Source: a virus
Lineage: Duplodnaviria; Caudoviricetes
IMG/VR virus record: IMGVR_UViG_3300025530_000406
Span: 1-50,676 of that record
DNA: 50,676 nt
Direction: 5' to 3' (one strand)
Shown piece after piece: positions 35,838 through 45,399 of the stretch. The notes under the pieces were generated by a model. It searched no databases. It was not told the origin of the DNA and saw nothing but the letters and a program-made list of their open reading frames with translations. Every line of letters starts with the position of its first letter. Within the stretch, counting starts at the first letter, position 1. A program made the position numbers and the translations under genes.

Positions 35838-37380
35838 ATTGGAGCTCGAAAACTTCACCAGCCACCGCAGCCTGACGGTCGAATATGGCCGCATCACGCG
35901 CCTTTCTGGCCGGAACGGCCAGGGCAAAACGTCGATCGGAACCGCGCCGGTATGGGTGCTGTGGGGCACGGACCTGTCCGGCCGCAAATGGTCGCCGCGC
36001 CCGGTCAACTACGATGCGGACGTGACGCGGGCGGCGCTGCTGCTGGAAGTTGACGGCAAACCGATCAAGTTCGAGCGCGGCATCGACGGCGGCGACAACG
36101 TGTTTTTGATCAACGACGTGCCGACCAAGGCCAAGGAGTACGAGGCGGCCGTAGCCAGCCTGTTCGACCGCGACGAATTCCTGAGCCTCTATTATCCGCC
36201 TTACTTCTTCGGCCTCCACTGGACCGATCAGCGAAAAATGATCCTGCGACATACGGTTTCTCCGGCGAAGTCCGAAGTCTTGGCGGAAATGAGCCGGACG
36301 AGCAAAGAGCAGAAAGTGACGGAAATTCCGCTGAATCCCGCAGCCAAGAAGCTGGCGGAGTTGACCCAAAAGCACAGCCTCGACGAACTGCAAAAGATTC
36401 ATCGTGACAAGAAAGTGAAACTCGAAAAGGACCACATCGCCGCGCAGAGCCGCACGCGAACGCTGCAAGAGCAGTTGACACTGATGGATTCGGCGCCGGA
36501 CGTGGACATTGAGGAAGCTAAGGTGGACATCGCGAAGATCGATGCGGCCATTGCAGAGCTCGAGCGGGCGACGGCGGGCGCCGACGAGAACAACCGCCGA
36601 ATCGTTGCCCTGCAAAGCAAAGTCCGGACGCTATTGGAGCAGCGCGACCGCATGAAGCAGCAGTTTGCCGCCCTCCAATCTGAGCCGATCGCCGACGCTT
36701 GTCGCGTGTGCAAACAGCCGTTGCAGGGTGACGCGGTAGAGGCGGCCAAGGCGGACAAAGAACGCCGGATCTCCGAATTCAAGGCCGAATACGACCGCAT
36801 TGTCGCCCAGCGGAAAGAGCTTGAAGCCGAACTTGCCGTCCTCGAATACATCGACGTATCTGAAAAGCTCGAAGAAATCCGCCGCTGGCAGGAGGCCAAA
36901 CAAGCCCTGCAGGATGCAATTCGAGCGAAAGAAGATCGGCAGAAATTGGAGGCGCAAGTCGAGCAAGCCCGCGCCGATGAAGCGGCCACGCTCACCAGCC
37001 TGAAAGAATCCATCTTCATCCTGGACGCAATCAAAGCCTATCGCGCCAAAGAGGCGGAGTTGCAAGCCGAGAAAGTACAAAGCCTGTTCACATCGCTTTC
37101 CATTCGCCTCTTCAAATACGTCAAGACCACGGACGAGTGGGAGCCGGACTTCGCGATCCAGATGGACGGCAAGGACTACGCCCTGCTGTCCGCCGGCGAA
37201 AAGATCGCCGCGGGCTTGGAACTAGCTGACGTGCTGTTCAAGAAATCCGCACTTATTACGCCTGTCTTTATCGACGGCATCGAATCGTACACCGGCCACG
37301 TGGCCGTCTATGACCAGCTTATTACAGGCCGGGCGGTACCGGATCAAGAACTCAGGATCGAAACGGAGGGTGAGGCATGA
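35815..37380 (+). CDS. SbcC/Rad50-like ATPase
   Basis: Walker A GRNGQGKT, coiled coils with CRVC hook, signature LSAGE, FIDGIE. Confidence 0.88.
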   Translation: MKRIRFIELELENFTSHRSLTVEYGRITRLSGRNGQGKTSIGTAPVWVLWGTDLSGRKWSPRPVNYDADVTRAALLLEVDGKPIKFERGIDGGDNVFLINDVPTKAKEYEAAVASLFDRDEFLSLYYPPYFFGLHWTDQRKMILRHTVSPAKSEVLAEMSRTSKEQKVTEIPLNPAAKKLAELTQKHSLDELQKIHRDKKVKLEKDHIAAQSRTRTLQEQLTLMDSAPDVDIEEAKVDIAKIDAAIAELERATAGADENNRRIVALQSKVRTLLEQRDRMKQQFAALQSEPIADACRVCKQPLQGDAVEAAKADKERRISEFKAEYDRIVAQRKELEAELAVLEYIDVSEKLEEIRRWQEAKQALQDAIRAKEDRQKLEAQVEQARADEAATLTSLKESIFILDAIKAYRAKEAELQAEKVQSLFTSLSIRLFKYVKTTDEWEPDFAIQMDGKDYALLSAGEKIAAGLELADVLFKKSALITPVFIDGIESYTGHVAVYDQLITGRAVPDQELRIETEGEA

Positions 37381-37574
37381 GCCAAGTCAAGGAAATCAGC
37401 GTCGGATACACCTACGCCAAGAACCTCGGTAACTACGAATCGTTGAAGGTTGATGCCGGCGTGGTTATGACGGTTGAGCCGGGCGAAGACCCGGCCACCG
37501 TAGAAGCGATGGCGTGGGAGCACGCCAAGAAGCAGATCAAGCGCGGTCTTGAAGCCGCCAAAGGAGGATTTTGA
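37377..37574 (+). CDS. Small conserved phage protein
   Basis: NLGNYESLKVD motif. Confidence 0.65.
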   Translation: MSQVKEISVGYTYAKNLGNYESLKVDAGVVMTVEPGEDPATVEAMAWEHAKKQIKRGLEAAKGGF

Positions 37575-37576
37575 AC

Positions 37577-38533
37577 ATGAGCCAAATTCAACCCAAAAAC
37601 CAAACGGCAGTCCAAGCGATCGGCAGCTTTAGCTCCGAAGACGTGCAAATCATGCACCAAATGTTTGGTGCCGAATTGACGCCTGAACAATTCCGCTTCT
37701 TCGTCCGGGCTTCGGATGCAATGGGCCTCAACCCTTTCTATGGCCACGTAACGCCTATCGTTTACAAGGGCAAGTTGTCAATTCAGATTCAAGCCGAAGG
37801 GTACGTTTTCAAAGGCCGCCAGGTCGAAGGGTATCAAGGGCACGACGTCCAGCTCGTCCACGAAAACGACGATTTCAAGGCCCGTCGCTATAAAGATGAT
37901 CAGGGCCGGGATAATTGGGAAATCGTCACGCACGAAGTAGGTTTTCCCCGCGGGAGAATCATCGGAGGTTACGCGATCGCCTATCGTGAAGGGTTCCGGC
38001 CGTTTGTGGTGCTGATGGATGTCGAAGAAGTCGAGCACATGAAAAAGGGTCTCAACGCCCATATGTGGAACGGTGGCTTCTTCCCGGACATGTTCAAAAA
38101 GCACATGCTCAAGCGGGCATACAAAGGGCAGTTCGGCATTGACTTGAATGACCAAGACTTTCAACCGGCTGCCACTGAAATCCCCGCCTATGAACCGCAG
38201 CGCCGTGACATTACCGCCGAGGTCAACGCGTCTGCAGCCAACACCCCGTCCGACATTCCGGAAACGACCGAGCAGCGCGAAGGACTCGCGCCGGAAGAGA
38301 CCGAAGCGCAGAAGATCGAAGCGCTCAGAAAGGAAATGACGGCCAAGTTCCGGCAACTCGGCATCATCGGCAAGGAGGCGCGCGCCGAGTACATCGCCAA
38401 AACAGGCGTCGTCAAGGGAGAGACACCGACCGTTGCCGAACTGACCAAGCTCCTGAAACTGATGGACGTGGACATCGCGAAAAAGACGGCGCTGGCCTCG
38501 GACGACGATGATCTGCTGGACGGGGTGGAGTGA
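37577..38533 (+). CDS. recT: RecT/Bet-like ssDNA annealing protein
   Basis: GLNPF, QLVHENDDF, RGRIIGGYA, W...DMFKKH motifs. Confidence 0.8.
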   Translation: MSQIQPKNQTAVQAIGSFSSEDVQIMHQMFGAELTPEQFRFFVRASDAMGLNPFYGHVTPIVYKGKLSIQIQAEGYVFKGRQVEGYQGHDVQLVHENDDFKARRYKDDQGRDNWEIVTHEVGFPRGRIIGGYAIAYREGFRPFVVLMDVEEVEHMKKGLNAHMWNGGFFPDMFKKHMLKRAYKGQFGIDLNDQDFQPAATEIPAYEPQRRDITAEVNASAANTPSDIPETTEQREGLAPEETEAQKIEALRKEMTAKFRQLGIIGKEARAEYIAKTGVVKGETPTVAELTKLLKLMDVDIAKKTALASDDDDLLDGVE

Positions 38534-38737
38534 ATGCGTGCCGCCGATCTTGCTCGTCTGATGAAAGAATACGAGACGGCCAAACGGCGTGCAGCGAAGG
38601 CTGCGGAGGCGAGGGCATCCCTCCCTCCCGGCTCCAGCCGAGCGCGCTTCACCTCGGCGAATGCACGGTGGGCAACGGAAACCGAACATCGCGATAGGCT
38701 CGCCGCGAAACTCCGGGAAATGGGGGTTGAGCCGTGA
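38534..38737 (+). CDS. Hypothetical protein
   Basis: Coupled between recT and the MBL gene. Confidence 0.55.
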   Translation: MRAADLARLMKEYETAKRRAAKAAEARASLPPGSSRARFTSANARWATETEHRDRLAAKLREMGVEP

Positions 38738-39486
38738 AAATCGACATCCTCGCTTCCGGATCGGGAGGCAACTGCATCGCCGTTCGGTCTGGCTCCACCG
38801 TCATCCTGATAGACGCAGGCATACCCAAAACCAAAATTGAAAAGCGCCTGCTCGATGCGGGCATACGGCCGGATGAAATCGCAGGCATATTCATCACTCA
38901 CGCACACGGCGACCACATCAAGGGTTTACCGCTCGCGAGCAAGTACCGCATCCCGGTCTATGCGGCTGAGGGCGAATGGAAAGACATTCATGGCGTGGAT
39001 GAAGAGCTTCACAGTTCCTTATCACCGGGAGATTTTGTTCGGTTCGATTTCTACGGAAAGGGCAAGCCGGAAATCACGGCGTTCCGGACTCATCACGATG
39101 CCTATGATCCACTCGGATATGTCATTGAAGGCGAAAAGAAGGTCAGCATATGCCTCGACACCGGCCACGTGGACAGCGATATGCTGGAGGCCATGCGCGG
39201 ATCGGACGTCTACATCATCGAGGCCAATCACGACCCGGACCTAGTAGCCGTGAGCGACTACCCGGATTCGGTGAAAGCCCGCATCCTTTCCGACTTCGGG
39301 CATCTGAGCAACCAACAAGCCGCAGGCGCGCTCGCCAAACTGGTTCAGGGGCGCGGTGAACGGATTTACCTGACGCACCTGTCGCGGCAAAACAATCACC
39401 CGGCCATAGCCCGGGCGACCGTAGAGGCGGCGCTCCGGCGCAAGGGATTCGTGAACGGCAAGCACTACTTTTGCGAGGTGGTTTAA
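38734..39486 (+). CDS. Metallo-beta-lactamase-fold nuclease (YycJ-like)
   Basis: SGSGGN, THAHGDH, DTG, EANHD, GHLSN, HLS motifs. Confidence 0.92.
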   Translation: MKIDILASGSGGNCIAVRSGSTVILIDAGIPKTKIEKRLLDAGIRPDEIAGIFITHAHGDHIKGLPLASKYRIPVYAAEGEWKDIHGVDEELHSSLSPGDFVRFDFYGKGKPEITAFRTHHDAYDPLGYVIEGEKKVSICLDTGHVDSDMLEAMRGSDVYIIEANHDPDLVAVSDYPDSVKARILSDFGHLSNQQAAGALAKLVQGRGERIYLTHLSRQNNHPAIARATVEAALRRKGFVNGKHYFCEVV

Positions 39487-40227
39487 ATGCAATACGTCAT
39501 GACTGCGCGTGATGTCAAGTTTATCAGCGGCTACACAATCCCAATGGAGACCATTCTTCCTGTCAAGGACGAGGGGGAATACATGGTGTTCGTCACCTCC
39601 GGGCCTTACGAAGGATTGCGCATCAACAAGAATGACATTTGCCCGTTCCCTCTCTACCAAGAACTGCTCCAGCGGCGCGAAGAAGTGGCGGAGTTGATGC
39701 GGGAGCGTGAACAACTGCGGCGTGAACTTGCCGAAGTTCGCGAAGCCAAAAAGGTGATGCTGCCTCGGGAAGTGGCGGAGGCGGTTGAAAATCTCCGGAA
39801 TTGCGATTTTAGCGACTATGGAATCATCATCGAGTCGCATGTCATTTCTTCGATCATGAAGTGGCCGCTGGGGATCGCCAAAAGTTTAAAAACGATTCGC
39901 AAATTCACGTACCAAAATACCGGCGAAGACGCGGTCGGAGATTCTGGCGCAGACTTGTTACTCAAAGCCCTTGTCAACGGCTACACCATCGAAGAACCAC
40001 AAACCTTCCAAACCAACCGCAAGCTGGATCATTCCGAAATCCGCGCCATCCGCAGATGGTATGAAGGGGCGTTGCTGCGGGAGAAGGACGGCACCGATCC
40101 GGACGGTTTTGCCAAAGAAGCGATCGAGGAAGTGGCGCTGTATTTGGGTGGTGCGGAGTTGCTGAAGGACATTAGCGGGTTTTGCAAGACACAACTCGAA
40201 CGGGAGCAAGCGGCACAAAGCGGGTGA
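39487..40227 (+). CDS. Hypothetical protein (DUF1642-like segment)
   Basis: KVMLPREVAEAV...ALVNGYTIEE. Confidence 0.6.
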   Translation: MQYVMTARDVKFISGYTIPMETILPVKDEGEYMVFVTSGPYEGLRINKNDICPFPLYQELLQRREEVAELMREREQLRRELAEVREAKKVMLPREVAEAVENLRNCDFSDYGIIIESHVISSIMKWPLGIAKSLKTIRKFTYQNTGEDAVGDSGADLLLKALVNGYTIEEPQTFQTNRKLDHSEIRAIRRWYEGALLREKDGTDPDGFAKEAIEEVALYLGGAELLKDISGFCKTQLEREQAAQSG

Positions 40228-40232
40228 GGTAA

Positions 40233-41063
40233 ATGGCCGAGCCCCAACTTGAAGACGGGTACACACGGGTTGCGAACGAAATATTCGACAACATCATAAA
40301 AACCGGCTTGAACGGCACGCAGTTCCGCATTGTGCTGGCCGTATGGCGGTACACATACGGCTTCCACCAAAAAGAGCGAGACATGTCGGTCGACTTTTTG
40401 GCAGAAGTCACCGGCATCCATCCGGTGGCCATTAAACGGGAACTAAAAATCCTGTTTGAGCGGCGGATTCTCGTCATCACCCAGGAGCGGCGCGGGAGTA
40501 AGCCGCGGGTGATCGCCTTCAATAAGGACTACGAGGGCTGGAAATCTCCCGAGCCTGCGGTTACCCGCGATAATAAAACGCCTAAGAAGATTCGGACAGA
40601 CAACCCGCCATTCGGGACGGATAAGCCCAAAAAGCCGAAGCAAAAGCGGGTTTACGACGAAAACAGCACCTACTACAAAATGGCTGCTTACTTCCACGGC
40701 AAGGTGTCCGAAATGGCCGCGAATATCGGTTTCAACCATGCCAGCATAGCCAAAGCCGATCTTCAAAAGTGGGCCGACGAATTCCGCAAGTTGGTGGAGA
40801 TCGATGGCGTTTCGGACAAGCGGGTGATCTTCGATTTGATCAACTGGGTGACCGCTGACCCGTTTTGGCAGGTCAACGTCATTTCCGCCAAAAAGCTCCG
40901 CGAGAAGTTCCCCGACCTGGCCCTGCGTATGCAAAGCCGTCGGCGCCCGCACAATGCCTCGCCACCGCCGCCGCAGAACACATCTATGATCGACAGGCTT
41001 GCTGCTGCCCAAGAATGGATCGAGCAGGGGGGTGATCCATACGAGTTCGAGCCAGACATTTGA
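40233..41063 (+). CDS. Replication initiator (lambda O-like N-terminus)
   Basis: EDGYTRVANE, RYTYGF, FNKDY; C-terminal DPFWQVNVISAKKLREKF. Confidence 0.88.
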   Translation: MAEPQLEDGYTRVANEIFDNIIKTGLNGTQFRIVLAVWRYTYGFHQKERDMSVDFLAEVTGIHPVAIKRELKILFERRILVITQERRGSKPRVIAFNKDYEGWKSPEPAVTRDNKTPKKIRTDNPPFGTDKPKKPKQKRVYDENSTYYKMAAYFHGKVSEMAANIGFNHASIAKADLQKWADEFRKLVEIDGVSDKRVIFDLINWVTADPFWQVNVISAKKLREKFPDLALRMQSRRRPHNASPPPPQNTSMIDRLAAAQEWIEQGGDPYEFEPDI

Positions 41064-42381
41064 CCTTTCTGCCGAAGCTGCTGTGCTTGGCTCCATCCTT
41101 CTAAACCCGGAAGTATTGGACGAAATCAGCTTCCTGGAGCCGCGGGACTTTTCGGCCAAGCGAAACGAACTGATTTTTGCCGTCATGCGCTACCTGTACG
41201 ACAACGACCAGCCGGTTGATGCGCTGACTGTTACGAACCATTTTTTACGCCGTAATCGGGTTGAGGACTTGGGCGGTATGTCTTACCTCACGGAGTTGGC
41301 CAGTTCGGTTCCATCCGCCGCGAGCGCGCGGTTTTATGCACAGATCGTCCGGTCAAAGGCTCACCGTCGGCGGGGCATCGAACTTGCGCAAAAGATCATA
41401 GCGGCATCCGAGGACGATTACGAGGACGACGAGGATTATTTTGCAAAGGTGGACGAGCTGGTTGATGAGATCAGGCCGGCTGACGACAAAAATATGACCA
41501 GCTTGGCGGAGGCGCGTGATAGCTATTTTCGACACATCCGAAGTAAAGCCGAAAAGCTTCTGACAAACTTCAAGCTTTTCAACGAATGGTCTGGAGGGTT
41601 GTGGCGTGGATGGCTGTACGTTCTCGCCGGACGTCCTGGAGCCGGAAAAACGGCGATGGCGCTGCAGATCGCGTATGGCGTCGCAAGAAACAATCCCGAT
41701 GCTGGTCCTATCCTGATTTTTTCGCAGGAAATGGACCGCGACGAGTTGATCGATCGTCTTGTTGCGATGGTATCGCAGGTGAATTATCGCCGCCTGATTA
41801 ATAAAGGCGGCGAAGAAGGATTTTCAGATAACGAATGGGAGCGGATTAATCAGGCCTATGATTTGGTTTCGCGATTTCCCATCTTTATCCGGGATTCGGC
41901 GGGAATCACGATCCAAGAGGTTCGAGCAACGGCCAGACGCTTTAAGAAACGCTACGGCAAGCTGGCTATAGTGGTTGTTGACTACCTGCAGATCATGGAC
42001 ATTCCGCAGCGTAAAAACGAAACACGGGCGGCCGCAATTGGCCGGGTCACCGCCGCCGCTAAGCAAATGGCGCGACATATGAAATGCGTCGTCATGCTCC
42101 TTTCTCAATTGTCGAGATCGAGCGAAAACCGAGACGAGCCGAAGCTGTCAGACCTCAAAGAGTCCGGAAATATCGAGCAGGATGCCGATGTGGTTCATTT
42201 TTTGTGGGAAAACGGCGAAATGCACGGCAGCGCGAAAGTGGTGCAATCCATCTTTGCAAAGGGGCGCAATATCGGAACGCGCAAATTCCGCTTGGCTTTC
42301 GAATGGTGGATTCAGCGGTTTATCGAAACTGATCCGGCGAAGGAGGCCGCGGCTACAAATGGCAAGGCGAATCGAAAATGA
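41032..42381 (+). CDS. dnaB: Replicative DNA helicase (DnaB family)
   Basis: AEAAVLGS, AGRPGAGKT, VVDYLQ, LSQLSR, LSDLKESGNIEQDAD. Confidence 0.95.
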   Translation: MIHTSSSQTFDLSAEAAVLGSILLNPEVLDEISFLEPRDFSAKRNELIFAVMRYLYDNDQPVDALTVTNHFLRRNRVEDLGGMSYLTELASSVPSAASARFYAQIVRSKAHRRRGIELAQKIIAASEDDYEDDEDYFAKVDELVDEIRPADDKNMTSLAEARDSYFRHIRSKAEKLLTNFKLFNEWSGGLWRGWLYVLAGRPGAGKTAMALQIAYGVARNNPDAGPILIFSQEMDRDELIDRLVAMVSQVNYRRLINKGGEEGFSDNEWERINQAYDLVSRFPIFIRDSAGITIQEVRATARRFKKRYGKLAIVVVDYLQIMDIPQRKNETRAAAIGRVTAAAKQMARHMKCVVMLLSQLSRSSENRDEPKLSDLKESGNIEQDADVVHFLWENGEMHGSAKVVQSIFAKGRNIGTRKFRLAFEWWIQRFIETDPAKEAAATNGKANRK

Positions 42382-42715
42382 CGAGGCTTACGAAAAGTCA
42401 CTTTCCTGGCTTGTTAAAAAAGCGGTCGAGTTGGAGGACCCGCTGCTAGACCCAGCCGAAAAAAACGAACTGCAGCGCAAATATGATTTCGTCGCCGATG
42501 CGGTCGGGCGTTATCGCCGCGGTCAACTCGTACTTATCTTCCCGGGGTTGCGTGCCATCTACGCGCAATTGGGATGGTCATATGACGATTTTGCCCCGGT
42601 GCCGCAAGAGCCGGAGCAGGAACCGGAAAAGAAACCCGAACCGCAGCCTCCGCAGCAGCCAGATCAAGCAAAAAAGGCAGCGCTGGCGTCCTGGCTGGAT
42701 GACGACGACGAGTGA
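42359..42715 (+). CDS. Hypothetical protein
   Basis: AAGGAGG RBS before ATG 42359; acidic C-terminus. Confidence 0.65.
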   Translation: MARRIENDEAYEKSLSWLVKKAVELEDPLLDPAEKNELQRKYDFVADAVGRYRRGQLVLIFPGLRAIYAQLGWSYDDFAPVPQEPEQEPEKKPEPQPPQQPDQAKKAALASWLDDDDE

Positions 42716-42724
42716 GGTGATTAT

Positions 42725-43702
42725 GTGCGCTCATTGAGCCTGTTTAGCGGGATCGGCGGCATCGACTTGGCTGGCGAATGGGCGGGCATGGAGACGGTGG
42801 CCTTTTGTGAGCGCGAACCGTTCCCGCAGCGCGTCCTCCGCAAGCACTGGCCGGACGTGCCGATCATCGACGATGTTCATGATTTTACGCGAAAGGAGTT
42901 GGAGCGACTTGGCATTATCGGAGACGGTCGAGCAATTGACCTTATTTCCGCCGGATACCCATGCCAGCCTTTTAGTTTTGCCGGGCAGCGACGAGGCGCG
43001 GAAGATGACCGCCACCTCTGGCCGGAAGTTAAGCGAATCCTTGAGGAAATCCGGCCCCGTTGGTTTGTTGGCGAAAATGTTGCTGGGCACGTCACTTTGG
43101 GGCTCGACGACGTCCTATCTGACCTGGAAAACGAGGGCTACACCGCGCAAGCGTTTGTTATTCCGGCTTGTGCCGTCGGTGCAAGTCACAGACGAGATCG
43201 GGTCTTCATTGTGGCCCACTCCGCACGCGAACTGTCACACCGGAGCCGGGGAGAAGGGCGAAGGTGGGATGAACACTCAAACGGCGGTCAAGATGTGGCC
43301 GACGCCGACAACGAACGACGCGAAGAATGCGACGCTTCCGCCAGCAGCGCAGGAGTGGGATATTATCCCAGGTGCATTAATGCGGGAGGGACACAGCGCG
43401 AAGGAAGGCCAACTCAACCCGGAGTGGGTCGAGGTGTTGATGTGCTTCCCAATTGGTTGGACGGAGGTATGAATCCGCTGGACGACATGAAAGATTTCAT
43501 CGACTCATACCCGCAACCGGCGCTGATTGGACAATCACAGCACGCATGGGAGCCGCCGAGAGTAGCGACAGGGACAAAGAATCGAGCGGCACGCCTGAAA
43601 GCGCTCGGAAACGCGGTCGATCCGTTGCAAATTTATCCGATCATGTACGCGATCAAGGTTATTGATGACTGGCTCACAGGGCGAAGCTCGAAGGCCAAAT
43701 AA
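42725..43702 (+). CDS. C5 cytosine DNA methyltransferase, alpha chain (motifs I-VIII and X)
   Basis: LFSGIGG, GYPCQPFS, ENV, HRRDRVF, LGNAV; motif IX is absent from this frame. Confidence 0.9.
   Translation: MRSLSLFSGIGGIDLAGEWAGMETVAFCEREPFPQRVLRKHWPDVPIIDDVHDFTRKELERLGIIGDGRAIDLISAGYPCQPFSFAGQRRGAEDDRHLWPEVKRILEEIRPRWFVGENVAGHVTLGLDDVLSDLENEGYTAQAFVIPACAVGASHRRDRVFIVAHSARELSHRSRGEGRRWDEHSNGGQDVADADNERREECDASASSAGVGYYPRCINAGGTQREGRPTQPGVGRGVDVLPNWLDGGMNPLDDMKDFIDSYPQPALIGQSQHAWEPPRVATGTKNRAARLKALGNAVDPLQIYPIMYAIKVIDDWLTGRSSKAK
42909..43472 (+). CDS. C5 methyltransferase beta chain in an overlapping frame (motif IX plus WPTP repeats)
   Basis: Alternative frame ends LNPEWVEVLMCFPIGWT; WPTP occurs twice; candidate TTG start at 42909 after GGAG. 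Confidence 0.75.
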   Translation: MALSETVEQLTLFPPDTHASLLVLPGSDEARKMTATSGRKLSESLRKSGPVGLLAKMLLGTSLWGSTTSYLTWKTRATPRKRLLFRLVPSVQVTDEIGSSLWPTPHANCHTGAGEKGEGGMNTQTAVKMWPTPTTNDAKNATLPPAAQEWDIIPGALMREGHSAKEGQLNPEWVEVLMCFPIGWTEV

Positions 43703-43725
43703 CACCACCCAGGGAGGACAGCATC

Positions 43726-44640
43726 ATGGATACAGTAAACGTCCTGAGCATATCGGGAGGAAAAGACAGCACAGCCATGTGGCTGCATGCGCTGGAGCAG
43801 CAGCCGGAAGGCGAAATCCTCCCCGTCTTTGCCGACACCGGCCACGAACATCCGCTAACCTATGATTACTTGGAATATCTCGAATCCCAGTTGGGGCCGA
43901 TCCGGCGGATTAAAGCCGATTTTAAGGAGCAAATCGACCGGAAACGGGAATGGGTGCAAACAAAATGGCGGGAAGAAGGAATCTCGGAAGAAATTATCCA
44001 GCGAGCGCTTGAGGTACTGCACCCGACGGGGGTCCCGTTTCTGGACCTGTGCCTCTGGAAAGGACGTTTCCCCTCAACGAAAGCACGTTTCTGCACGCAG
44101 TTCCTAAAAAGGGAGCCGGTATTCGACCAAGTCTATTTGCCATTGATGGAAGAAGGAAAACGCGTCGTTAGTTGGCAAGGGGTTCGAGCACAGGAAAGCG
44201 CGGCGCGGGCGAAATTGCCTGAAAGAGAGGACACCCCGGAAGGATTCGAGATATTCCGGCCGCTGCTCAATTGGAAGGTTGAAGATGTTTTCGCAATCCA
44301 TGAGCGTCACGGGATCGACCCCAATCCTTTGTACCGTCAAGGCATGGGACGGGTTGGCTGCATGCCCTGCATCAACTGCAGCAAGGCCGAGCTTTTTGAA
44401 ATTGCCCGTCGATATCCGGAGGAAATCGAGCGTGTGGCTCAGTGGGAAGCAATCGTAAAACAGGCTTCCAAACGCGGCGCGTCAACATTTTTTCCCACCG
44501 CAGAGGGGCGAGGCGAAGGGATACACGAGGCAGTCGAATGGTCGAAAACGACATGGGGTGGGCATCAGTACGATCTCCTGAAAGCAATTGAGTTTGAGGA
44601 CGTGCCTGTTTGCTCAAGTGTATATGGGCTTTGCGAGTAA
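43726..44640 (+). CDS. PAPS-reductase family protein
   Basis: SGGKDS PP-loop, DTGHE, RFCT..LK, GVRAQES, RVGCMPC. Confidence 0.9.
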   Translation: MDTVNVLSISGGKDSTAMWLHALEQQPEGEILPVFADTGHEHPLTYDYLEYLESQLGPIRRIKADFKEQIDRKREWVQTKWREEGISEEIIQRALEVLHPTGVPFLDLCLWKGRFPSTKARFCTQFLKREPVFDQVYLPLMEEGKRVVSWQGVRAQESAARAKLPEREDTPEGFEIFRPLLNWKVEDVFAIHERHGIDPNPLYRQGMGRVGCMPCINCSKAELFEIARRYPEEIERVAQWEAIVKQASKRGASTFFPTAEGRGEGIHEAVEWSKTTWGGHQYDLLKAIEFEDVPVCSSVYGLCE

Positions 44641-44693
44641 TATTCAGGGAGGACAAACATCCTCCCCCATCACCCATAGGAGGAGAATCGGAT

Positions 44694-45368
44694 ATGACTA
44701 TCACTCTTGAACAAATGTATGAAATGCAAAAGGAGCTCGACGCCCGGATCATTGCTGAGAAGGGATTGGAAGGCGTCGACTTGCTGCCGAACACGGTTTT
44801 GGCGCTCCAAGTGGAGATCGCGGAGCTTGCAAACGAATGGCGCGGGTTTAAGCATTGGAGCGGTGACCGTGAACCGAGGATAATTGATGACAGCACTTTT
44901 TGCAGTCTGTGCGATGGTTCCGGGACGTTTGATGTGGATTGGGATGCTATTACCGATTGCGTCTTGTGCGAAGGAACGGGATTCAAAAATCCGCTGCTCG
45001 AAGAATACGTCGATTGCCTGCATTTTTTCTTGAGCATCGCTGTTAAAAAAGGCTGGAAAGATGATTTATACATCTGGGATGGCGCACTTGAAGAAAGACG
45101 CGAAAAAGGATTGGATGGCGGAATAGGCGGAGCATTGATTGAAACGATCTATTGGGTATCGAAAATGCACATGGAAAAAGAAAACAAACACATTCAGCAT
45201 GCATTGGACAGTTTGGGCGTGACACATCCGCAATTTTGCTTCCGTATGGCGTGGTTTGTGTTTGTAGCAATCGGTTTGATTGGTTTCGGCTTTACTTGGG
45301 ACCAGATCGCGACCGCCTACGTTGAAAAAAACCGCGTCAACCATGAGCGGCAAGGAAACGGATATTGA
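44694..45368 (+). CDS. dut: Dimeric (all-alpha) dUTPase with a zinc-finger insertion
   Basis: QKELD, EIAELANE..FKHWS, LEEYVDCLHF, KNRVNHERQ..GY; inserted CSLCDGSG...CVLCEGTG. Confidence 0.85.
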   Translation: MTITLEQMYEMQKELDARIIAEKGLEGVDLLPNTVLALQVEIAELANEWRGFKHWSGDREPRIIDDSTFCSLCDGSGTFDVDWDAITDCVLCEGTGFKNPLLEEYVDCLHFFLSIAVKKGWKDDLYIWDGALEERREKGLDGGIGGALIETIYWVSKMHMEKENKHIQHALDSLGVTHPQFCFRMAWFVFVAIGLIGFGFTWDQIATAYVEKNRVNHERQGNGY

Positions 45369-45399
45369 ACCAATCACCCCATAAGGAGAGGGATCGGGA

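Noticed and set aside
40590-40628. Replication-origin iterons inside the initiator gene
   Set aside because: Only two imperfect repeats (ATTCGG-AC-GA-AA-CCC); plausible by position but too weak to call.
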